A DNA stretch of 64,000 bases from the human T2T-CHM13v2.0 reference genome, Homo sapiens, in assembly GCF_009914755.1 (NCBI RefSeq), contig NC_060940.1; one strand, given 5' to 3'. A program made the position numbers and the translations under genes. A model generated the notes under the pieces. It saw only the letters and a program-made list of their open reading frames with translations, was not told the origin of the DNA and searched no databases. Positions 1-11,100 of this stretch are shown piece after piece (the stretch's first letter is position 1; each line of letters opens with the position of its first letter).

Positions 1-415
1 GAGGAGGGATGGGAGGAGGGGAGGAGGGAGCAGGGGGAGGAGGGGAGGGGGGAGGAGGGGAGGGGGAGGAGGGGAGGGGGAGGAAGGTGAGTGGGGAGGA
101 GGGGAGGGGGAGGAGGAGAGGAAGGGGGAGGGGAGGAAGGGGGAGGGGAGGAAGGGGGAGGGGAGGAAAGGGGAGGGGAGGGGTGAGGGGAGGGAGGGGC
201 TGGGGGAGGAGTGGAGGGGCTCAGCGGGATGAGGTGAGGGGAAGCTCTAGGGGAGGGGAGGAGGGGAAGGGCTAGGGGAGGGGAGGGGCTAGGGGAGGAG
301 GCAGGGGCTAGGTGAGGGGGGAGGGGCTAGGGGAGGGAAGGGGGAGGGGAGGGGTTAGGGGAGGGAAAGGGGAGGGGAGGGGCTAGGGGAGGGAAGGGGG
401 AGGGGAGGGGAGAGT
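1..415. repeat. End of the PKD1 intron-21 polypurine/polypyrimidine tract (copy A)
   Basis: Almost pure G/A on + strand with GGGGCTAGGGGA units; same position relative to exon 21 as 47200-47588 in copy B. Confidence 0.9.
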
Positions 416-2040
416 GGAGGGCACAGAGCAGCATCTTCTTAGTCCCTCCCCACATCTGGGCCCCTCTTTACACCCTGGGTCCCCCGAGAGGCACCCTGCG
501 TTCACACAGGACAGCAGAAAGGCTGAGGCTACTGAAGCAGGTCAGAGACCGAGGAACGCCACGGCAGGAAGGAGCCCAGGCTGGAGGCTCAGCTCCTCGG
601 CCAAGCTGCCCGTCTGCCCTGGGGGGCTGAACCCAGTACCCTGGCAGGCATGCGGGGCGGGGTGAGCATGTGGGGCCATCCTACCATGCACTGGGCCAGC
701 GCAGCAGCGATCTGCTGGATGTCATCCACAGTGTGGACCCTCAGGGACACCAGAGTCTCCGTGATGTTCTTGCGTATCTGGGCTCGGCGCTGCCGCTCGT
801 GCTTGGGCTCTGCCGCCACGTCCAGGGCCCGCTCGTACTGGGGCAGGCAGGGGGCACAGCAAGCTGTCAGCAGGGCAGGAGGCCGGCAGGAGGCCAGCAG
901 ATGCCCACGACTCCCGGGGTGCAGTTACGTGCTAGATGCTGTGTGATGTGGGCACTGACCCGCAACACTGAGCTGTTTCTTCATGGGCAAAACAGGGTAA
1001 GCACATGGGCCCTCCTGGGCGGGGGCTGCATTGTGGAAAGCAGACGCCGGAGAGGGCCCGGTGGGTGTGGCTGCTGGGAGCGGAACGTCGGGGTGCTGCT
1101 TCAGGGTCACTGGGATTTATCTCTGGGGCCCGGGATGAGCCCTCCGCAAAGCTCCAGGCAGGGGAACAGGTCTTGGTCCCCAGCACGCATGCAGCAGATG
1201 TGAGGTCCCCTCCCAGGCTGCACTCACCTCGTTCAGCACAGTGACCAGGGCCAGCGAGTACTCGATGACGTGCTGGGGATCGGCCTGCCGCAGCAGCCCC
1301 GGGAGCACACTAGCGGTGAGCCGGTGCAGCCAGACTGTGAGCCCCATTGCGCTGCCGTTGGGCTCTGGGAGGGTGATGGCCAGAGACCTACGAGCAGAGG
1401 GGGGTGGTGAGCAGGTGGCAGTCTCGGGGGCGCCCTCCCACGGCCTGGCTCACCTGTTGAGGGCGACCACAGCGGCTCCCAGCTGGTCCTGCACCACCAC
1501 GGCCAGGCCCACCTCGAAGTGTGGCCTGAAACCCGGGGGCAGCACGGCTCCGTAGCCGGAGAGGCTGCTCTTGTAGACACAGAACTCTTTGCAGTGGCCC
1601 TGGCAACAGCGCTGCAGCAGCAGGGCATACACCAGCGGGGCGCCAGCATCCTCCGCGTCATGCCAGCCTGAGGGATGGTCCCCACAGCATCACGGGAGGG
1701 CTCCGTGACCTCACAGAGTCGGGGGATCCCGCTGCTCCCCCTACGCAGGCCTGCACTCACCCGTGCATTTGAAGTGCACCTTGGTGGTGAGGGCGTGCAC
1801 AGCGCCTAGTGGGAAGAGGCAGCAAGAGCCCCCCAGCGGCGGGCGGTTGGGGGACAGGGGGATGGAGGCGCAGCCCTCCTCCTCGCCAGAGCGGCCCAGC
1901 ACCGTCAGCGTGAAGGTGTATCCCTCGCCGTCCCGCAGCACGCCCCGCCGCAGCACCAGTCACATGCCTGCGCTGCCCGTGGATGTGGTGGTCTCATCCA
2001 GCACCAGCGTCTTGTTGCTGAACGTACGTGCAGCCCACCG

Positions 2041-2107
2041 CTGCAGGCAGAAGGGATGGTGAGGGGGCGCAACCCTCTGCCCTGTCAGCCCCACTTCTGC
2101 CTGCAGG
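2041..2107 (-). ncRNA. MIR6511A: MIR6511A precursor (tailed mirtron at 3' end of PKD1 intron 17), copy A
   Basis: Minus strand reads CCTGCAGGCAGAAGTGGGGCTGACAGG...CCTCACCATCCCTTCTGCCTGCAG. Terminal 13-nt inverted repeat; ends at the exon-18 acceptor AG; arms match recalled miR-6511a-5p/3p. Confidence 0.88.
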
Positions 2108-5100
2108 CCCCGTCCCCTCGGCCATGGGACCCATCCCCAACCCGCCCACACCCCGCTCAACACTCACCCCTCGCTTGGAGCCGCTGCTGCAATTGAGGCA
2201 GCGGCCCTCCAGGTACACGTAGGAGCTGCGGCTCACTTCGTACACGGCCTGTGCCTTGCAGGACAACACTCCAAGGACACAATGGGCACCCGGCCACTGC
2301 GGATCAGCACCTGGCGTGGGAGTGGGGTTACCTCCAACACAGGTCTATTTGGCCTGCTGGAAGGTCTGGGGGACCCGTGGAGGATGCTGCTCCCAAACTC
2401 CAGGTTTCCCAGGGGCCTGGCCACTGCCGGTGAGCTCACCCCCTCCCAGGATACTCATCCGGTTTGCCACCTTCCAACCTGGGCGGCGGAAGGGCATACA
2501 CAGGGCAGAGGACACTGGGGTGTGCGTTCTGGTGTACTGGAGCCAGCTGGACCCTGGCAGGAGGCAGGCAATGCTCACTGAGGGCCCCTGGGGGGATGCG
2601 TGTGGGAACAGACGTATGTGGGGGTGTGAGGACCGCAGTTGCCACGTAGGCCTGACTCACAGACTCCTGCAGCCCTTAGCCAGGGCCTGGGTCAGGAGGC
2701 TGAGCCGGGATGGAACCTGCTCCCACACCCTCCCCTCAGACGACCCCTCTGGGCAGACCCCCAATCAGGCCCGTTGAGGAAAGCAGGGACTGGGGAACAG
2801 ACACCCACTCTGGGGCACCAGCAGGCCCCGCCTGACAGCAGCAGGAGCAGCCACCACGGGCTCAGGGTCACCAAGCCTCCTGGCCGGTCCAGAGTGGGGA
2901 GCATGAGGGTGAGAACCGGCCCACCACATCCAGCAACAGGGACATGGGCTGGGGACAGTGGCTGCCTCTGGGGTGGGAAGGGGCTCTTCCTCACTGTTGG
3001 TATTGCTGGGGGACTGTGTAGCTTTTGTCACTAGAGCATATGTGGCTTGAAGACTGTATGTGGAACTGTGGCAGGTTTGGAAGGAAGCAAAGCTGAAGCA
3101 GGCTGTCGTGTTACATAGAATTTGCATCAGAAACAGAGAGGGGAGAGCGCGCGGCCTCCACCAGCACTAAAACACGGAAAACAGTAGATGAGCAGGGAGG
3201 CTGGGCTGTCCAAGGCAAGTGGCCGAGGGGCGGGCGGCACCCACCGTCTGGTTGGTGGCCTCCTCCTTGCGGCCGGCCTTCCACACGGTGAGGCTGAAGG
3301 TGTACTCCACGCCAGCTGCCAGCCGTTCCCGTGGAATGGTGACCGTGCTGCTCCCGCGGGGCCCAAAGTTCAGCGCACACCCGCCAGCCTCCCTCTGCAG
3401 GCCGAGAACAAGGGGCGACGTGGCCCGAGAACCCCATCCAGTTTTAAAGCAGAGCCCAGCCCAGGAGACAGCGCGGGAGACCCCCTCCCCATGCTGGGAC
3501 GGGGCCCACCAGGCACTGAGGACGGGCCAGCCCTGGTGGCAAGCTGGGTGTTCTCTGGGCTCATGGGTGTGGACGGGTGAGGGGCAGGGAGGACGGCCCT
3601 GCCACGCACTGACCTGTGTCGAAGCCACACAGGCCCACTGGAAACTGAGCGGCGTCTGGTCGCCGTCCTCCAGGTTGGGGTCGTAGGACTCGCTCCCATC
3701 CAGCACCAGGTCCTGTGTGTCTGACCACACGCGGTAGGAGCCACCCTCAGTGATGGGCACCAGGCGCTCGGGGGCCACCGTCACATTGGCCTGGATGCTC
3801 CGTGCCAGTGGCGTGTCCCCAAATGACACGACAAACACAAAGCAGTAGTGCCCCACAGGCAGCGCCAGCCGCGGCAGCACCAGCTGAGGCCGGCTCACGT
3901 CCACGCCGGGCAGGGCCACACGCGCCGGGCACCCCGGCCGCTGGCAGCTGGCGGTGCGGTACACCTCCCAGCGGTACTCAGTCTGGTAGGTGACACAGTC
4001 GCGCAGGTCAACGTAGGCATCCAGGCAGTTGCGCTGTGATCGTCGCATCAGCACCTGCAGGGGCAGGACCACGTCCACCTCCGGCTCCCGGCAGGCCAGC
4101 ACCTGGACGGTCACCGTGGCCTGCGCCACGAAAAAGCTCACCAGGTTGGAGGCGTTCACCTGCACGCGGTAGTCCCCAGGCCTCAGGTAGGAGTGCTCGG
4201 CCCTGGGCTTATCTGTGTCCTGCCCTGGGGACCCATCCCCAAAGTCCCAGTGGTAGGCCACGCGCCGGGGGCTGGGGCTGGTGGCGGCCTCAAACTGCGC
4301 CAAGCGGTTGGTGAAGCAGGGGCCGCTCCGCAGGGCCACATACTGGACGGCGTCCTGAACCTCCAGCACCAGCGTGCGGTTCTCACTGCCCAGGGCGTTG
4401 AAGGCACGCACCTGGATCTCCAACAGCCCCGCGGCCACGGCGTGTAGGTGACGTCGCGGCCCGACAGGATGAACAGAGAGTCGCCCCGGACCTTCTGCAG
4501 CGAGAAGTACCAGGCGTAGGCGACCCGAGAGCCGCGCTGCACGCGGGCTGTGAAGTTCCTCTCAGTGCCCATGGCGATGCCAGGCTCACAGCAGTTGGGC
4601 ACCTGCAGCCCGCTCACGGCCTCCAGCACCACGATGCGCACCTGCGCCTGGGCCCAGCTCACGTGGTTTTTGCCCTGCACGCTCACCACGTGGTCTCCGA
4701 TGCGGGGGAAGCTGTGGGAGAAACGGGGCCCAGGGAGCACTTCGGGGCTGGCCCCGCCGACCTGCAGGCGGAAGGTGACAGCTGAGCCGGCAGCCAGCAG
4801 GATCTGAAAATGGACAAGCTGCCCGGGCGCCACCACCTTGCTGCTGGCCCACAGCACCAGGCCCACGATGGGCTCCTCCACCGTGAGGTTGTACGTGGCT
4901 GAGACCCAGCTGACTGCGTTGGAGGCATTGAGCCGGATGTTGAAGGTGCCAGCATCCGGGAAGACCATGGTGACATGAGGGCCACGCTTGCTGCTGCCGC
5001 CGGGCACAGCCCAGCACCAGCTCACATTGGTGCCCGTGGCCAGCTGCCCCCAAAAGGGCACAGAGGACCCGGCCTCCACGAAGCTGCCTCCCGGCTCGCT

Positions 5101-8100
5101 GGCCCTGATGCTGAGGCCACTCACAGGCACCTGCACATCCACTTCCACGGTGGCGTTGGCTGAGCCCAGCGGGTTCCCTGCCGTCATGGTGACCAAGTGC
5201 AGGCCGGGTGTGGGGAAGCTGTGGGTGGTAAATGGCTCGGGGGTCTCCCAGCTCAGCCCCTCCTCCAAGGACCAAGTGTATACGACACCACTGCCACCAG
5301 CCAGCTCGGCACTGAGGGTGACACTTGTGTTGACGGCAGCTGGGTTCGGGGAGGCGGCCACCATCAGCCACCCCACAGGCTCCACGAAGTCCACGGTGCA
5401 GTCAGCCCAGGCGCTGCCCAGCATGTTGGTGGCCCGCAGCTGCACATGGTAGGTGCCGGCCTCGAGCGCAGTGAGCGAGAAGCCTTTGCCGCTGCCAGCC
5501 AGGGCCGGGCCCCTGTCCCTCCAGGCAGTCCAGCTGTAGATGTTGGTGCCATCCCTGACCACGGCCTGCAGCTGTACCGTGTGGTTGGTGGGGAAGTAGC
5601 GGCCACCGCCCACCACCTGCAGCCCCTCTATGAGCTGCAGGACATAGACGAAGATGCTGTCCTGGGCGGAGCCCACCTCGTTCTCAGCTGTGACGATGAT
5701 ATTGAAGGTGCCCACGGAGCGGAAGGTGTAAAGAGATGGCAGGACCCCCAGAGATGGGCGTGCAGCGGTCACAGAGCACCCAGGAATAGCGCACATCACT
5801 GCCGGCCTCCAGCGAGGTGCTGAAGCTCATGCTCCCATTCAGGGGCACCACCGTGCAGCTGGCATTGACGATGAGCCCCCGCACGCGCCGCTTCACCGTC
5901 ACATTGAGCCAGGCCTCGCTGCGGCTCACCTCATTGCAGCCGGCCACCCTAACGGTGAAGTCACCTGTGCTGTTGTAAGCGTGGGTGACCTCCGGACCCT
6001 CGAGCCGCCCACCGTCCCCCAGATCCCACAGGTAGCTGGCGGGGCGCCCACGGCCCACAGCAGAGAACAGGTACGGCTACTGCAGCTCCAGCCCAAGGGA
6101 GCCATTGACCTTGATGCTGGTGACCAGCACGGGCTCCTGCACCTCCACCAGGGCTGAGTCATTGGCAGCGGAGATGTTGTTGGACGCGGTGACTGTCACA
6201 AGATAGGAGCCTGGGTCTCGGTAGATGAACGTCACCTCAGGGCCCCCGACACGGGCGGGGACGGCTTCTTCGGTGCCAAAGTCCCAGGTGTAGCGGTAGG
6301 GGAACGGGGGCCAGGCACATGCCACCAGCCGGGCCTCGTCCCCGAGCTGCACAAACTGCCTCTCTGGCTGCAGGGTGACGTTGCCCACCTCTGGCTCCAC
6401 GCAGATGCTGGTGAAGTAACGCGCCCTGTTCACGCGGCTGGACAGCACCAGCGCCAGGGGGAACGTGCCGCTACGCGTGAAGTTGTGTGTCACCGTCGGG
6501 CACCCCCGCATGGTCGTGTTGGAGGAGCCATCCCCAAAGGTCCAGTCGAAGAGGTAGCGGGCCGGGTTCCCGGTGACGTAGGCCGTGAGCCGCGCGTCAG
6601 GCTGAGTGGGGATGCAGGCGGCGGGCTCGACGCGCAGCACCTCCAGGACGAAGACCAGCACGTGCAGGCTCCGGGCCAGGTGGCCGGCGGGGCTGGCCGC
6701 ACCCACGGTCACTGTGCAGTTCTGTGCCCGCAGGTACACATGCTCCACTGTGGCCTCTGGGCCCGACAGCACGGTGCCGTCCCCCATGTCGAAGGTCCAC
6801 GTGATGTTGTCGCCCGTCTGCACCGCGGCACTGACCACCACGGGGGCGCCCTGCTCCACGGCCAGGCTCATGTCCACGCTGAGCCCGCGGAGCTCCTCAA
6901 AGACGCGCACATCCGCCTGGGCCGCCGCACCGCTCACCGTGTTGTTGACCTCCAGGCGCACGTGGTAGATGCCCCTCGAGGGATAGGTGTGGTTGGCAGC
7001 CGGCTGGCTCTGGGTCAGGACAGGGGAGCCGTCCCCGAAGTCCCACGTGTAAAGAACACCCCCAGGCGAGGGCAGCAGATGCGGGTAGAAGGTGACGGGC
7101 CGGCCGGCCACCAGGACGCCGTCACTCACACCCACAGCCTCGGAGGGCAGGGAGGCGCGCACGCTCACAGGCACCTGCTGCGTCCGGTTCTTGAAGGCAT
7201 TAGATGCCAGCACGGTCAGGACGTACTCACCTGTGGGGACAGGCCCAAGTGGGGCAGCCGCGGCACCCCCACCTGCTCCCCACCCGCTCGGCAGAAGCCC
7301 CCCGCCTGAGGAGCCCGGGGTGAACGGCTGCACCTGCGGCCCAGCCTTAAGGGTCCCAGGCTCCCAAGCCACGTGCGGGACGGAGCACAGGTGCAGCAGC
7401 ACTGAGGGCTGCCTGGTGAGGACGGCACCGCCTCCAAGTGCAGCTGCACTCGGGGCAGCAGAGCAGCAAGAGCCAGGCCGCGGCGGGGGGCAGTTCAGGG
7501 GGCCCAGCTTCCCTGTCCACTCCCCCCACGCCTGGCCCCTCCCTCACCCCAGTAGGGACCTAAGCCATCAGCCCAGGTGAGGTCACAGTGAGGGCTGTTG
7601 GGGAGGAAGGGGGGCAGCTTGACTGGGGGACTGGGGGTGCCCCGTGCTCAGAGCCTGAAAGGCAGTGGCCCCCTCACCCCCTCATCCCTCACCTGGGGCA
7701 GCGTAGGTGTGCGTGACATTGTGCTCCACCAGCACCTGGGCCACCGAGGGGTCTGGAACCGGGAAGGACTCGTTGTACGGAGGCTGGAACTGGTGGAGGG
7801 CCTGCTCCCCATCCCCAAAGGTCCACCTGCCGGGGCGGTGGGAGGCAGTGAGTGAACCGGGACAGGGGTGCGCAGTGGCGGGGCACAGGTGCGCGGTGGG
7901 GGGGCAGGGGGTGCTTGGGACCCAGCTGAGGCTCCACTCTGCAGTCACGCCCCGGGCCTCCATTCAGGGCCCACCCGGCTGTGCTGAGGCCTCTCCCGGC
8001 TCCCGTGCAGCCTCAGGGCTCCTGTGCACCCAGTACCTCCCAACAGATAGGGAAACCGAGGCTCAGAAAAGCAACCCCCTGATGTGGGGTCCCTCGGCTG

Positions 8101-11100
8101 AGGCTGGGGCCGGGACAAGAGCCTGGTGCCCACCCCAAACCGGCCCCCGAGTCACTCACAGGAAGGCCACCTCCACGGCCGAGTCCACCAGCACGCCCGC
8201 CGTCAGTGCCAGCGTGGCATTGGGGGACAGCACGGCCGGCACTGTGGAGACCCGCAGGCCCTGCATCCTGTTCATCCGCTCCACGGTGATGTTGTAGTTC
8301 ACGGTGACGTTGCTCACGTGGTTGGAGGCCGTCAGCTGCAGGGATAGGCATCAGTGGGCCCAGGTGGCAGGTGAGAGGCCTGGCCCTGCTTAGCGTCCCT
8401 CCCTCCACTCACCCACAGCCATGGCAGCGTCCTCGGGCAGCATGAAGCAGAGGTGAAGGTGGAGCCCGCCCCGCCCCACCCCATCCCCTCCCCTCCCCAC
8501 CCCCGCCCACCTACTGAGAGCTTGAAGACCGCCGCGCTCTGATAAATGACATTGAAGACCACGTTCTGGAAGGTCAGGGACTGCTTGTCGTTGATGGTCC
8601 ACCGGAAGACCATGTCCGAGCCGGCCTCCACCACGGGGCTGTACCTCTGCGGGGGGACTGGTGTCAGCCTGGGCTCTGTGGAGGACTCTGCCCTTAGCCT
8701 GTCGCCTCCTGGACACACCTCCCGTCAGGCTGGAGAGTCCCACGCGGGGCACAGAGGAGAGGAGGTGGCCGGGGCTCTGCATGCCATGGGAGCCAAGCCC
8801 GGGCTGGGACACTGACTGTCCGGCTCTCCAGCCAGCCATGTAGTACTACTAATGCCTCAACCTCTCTGTGCCTCAGTTTCCCCATCTGTAAAGCAAACCT
8901 AGTACCAGCTACAAAGAGTCCACCTCTCTCTGAGTCTTCTCAGACCCTCCCGGGGCTCCTGCCCCAGCTCCTCAGCCAGAGAGCTCGGAGCAGTGAGGGG
9001 AGGCACACGGGCCTCACAGGGACAGCACCTACACTGGCTTACAGAACCCAGGACAGGCTGCACAGGTCACGCCATTTCTGATGGCCCCTCCCAAGGCCCC
9101 TGGTGAAGGGGCAGGTACCCGCAAGACGGAGACAGCCCTGTCCCCCATGTACCCAGCATGGTGGCACCGCGGGCAGCCCGCAGTTTCCCATCAGGGGTTC
9201 AGACTCCACCTCAAAAGCCACTCGCTTTAGCCAGGTGAGAACACAGCAGAGGGCGTGAGAGACTCACGGGGGCTCGTGTGAGGTCAGGGAGCGGAGTTTT
9301 AAATTCATTTCATGAAATGAGACGGTGGAATGAGTTAGCGGAGCCGCTGTCAGAGCCGTGACTTTCCAGGAATTTAAAGCCCACCAGGTAGCCTGAGGAG
9401 CCAGCCAGCAGGACCTGCCCGGGGCCGACGTCCCCAGTAACTGGGCTGCTGCCCTCACTGGGAAGCCAGGCCTCACGCCCTGTGTGAGCACCCTGTCTGC
9501 AGGCACCTGCCTGGGGGCTGGTGGTGGAGCCTCGGCCATACTCACCACTGGGACTCCCTGCAGTACACGGGCCTCGGGGCTGGGCGTGGCGCGGAGGCCA
9601 CAGATGGGCTCCTCCGCCGTCACCCGCAGGCTGAGGTTGGCCCGGCTGGCGCTGTTTTCCACCACAACGTCCATCACGTGCTCCCCCTCACCGAGCCACG
9701 GCAGTGCTACCACTGAGAACAGGGTATCATTGGTCTCCCAGGGGCAGCCGGGCACGAAGGTGGCCACCAGGGCAGGGCAGGCATTCTCAAAGCGAGCGCT
9801 GACACTGCCCCCAGGCCAGCGAGCCGTGGCCGTGGCGCTGGCACCAGAGTCCACCTGGAGCACCGAGGCTGAGCCGTTGGTGGGCACGTAGAGGCGGCCG
9901 TCGCGGGGGGCAGGGTAGATGACCCGCAGCCCAGCCACTGGGGAGACCACGTCAAAGCTGCAGGACAGGTTGTGCCTGGACACGCCATTGCCCACCTCTG
10001 CCCGGACCTCATAGCGCCCAGGCAGCCGCAGCCCAGGGTTGGGCCTCAGGCCCAGCAGCACGGTGAGCTGTTCCGTGGCTGCAAGCAGCCGCAGGGCACA
10101 GGCAGGGCAGGCCCAAGTGCCCTCCAGCTGGGCTGGCAAGTGGGGCAGCCATGACGAGGCGTTGGCGGAGAGGTACGGGGCCTGGGGACCAGGGTGGCCG
10201 GGAGCCGGCGAGCAGTGCGGGAGGGCGCCAGGGCCAGCGTCGTGCTGCAAGCCAACGAGGTCACCAGGGAGCATGAGGACATCCTGGCCGTGGAGGGTGA
10301 CCTGTGGAGAGGGAGGCAGGGCTGCATCACGTCCTCACGGTCATGGCCCGTGGACCCCTGCACGACGGATGAGGGTGGACACGCAGGGCTCCCCGCTTCG
10401 TCAGCCACACCTCAGGGAGCCTCCCCACAGTGCTCGTGACAAGGACAGGCAGGACAGTTGCAGACAGGGGGACACACGGGGAGAGGACACAGGCCAAGAC
10501 CTGGCAGACAGGAAGGAGCGGCTGTGCTGGGAGAGAGGAAGAGGAGGCACAGCTCGTGCCAAGGGCCCAGGCGAGAGCTTCTCCCACTGGGAGAGGGGCA
10601 AGGGCACTGCAGAGGTCGGAGGTTGGAGGTCGGAGGTCGGAGGTCAGAGGTGGCAAGGACGTGGGAGGGGCCTGCAGGCTGGGTGTGTCTGCTGCGCAGA
10701 CCCAGACCCTGGGCAGCAGACAGGAAGGTGGCCTGAGGAGATGCAGGGAACAGACCCAGGTCAGGGCCACACACCGAGTACTGCGCGGGGGGCCCCGCGG
10801 GAACGGAGAAGAGGAACTCTCTCCATAGCGCATAGGGGGCCCCGAGTAGCCCTGGCCCCTGACGTGCAGCCATTGGCGCAGGCCTGGGGTGGCAGGAGGC
10901 GTCCAGCGGCAAGCAGATGTTGGCTCCAGGGCACCAGCGTCCCCCTGGCATGCACGCGGGGGCCAGCTGGGTCCTGTTGTCCGGGGACCTGCTCTCAGGC
11001 TCGCTGCCGTTCTCCGGGGTCCCTGCGAGGAGGGGAGGGTGTTGGGGCCCTCATTCGCCCACGGGCCACCGTCAGAGATGCCCAACTGCCTGCACCAGCG

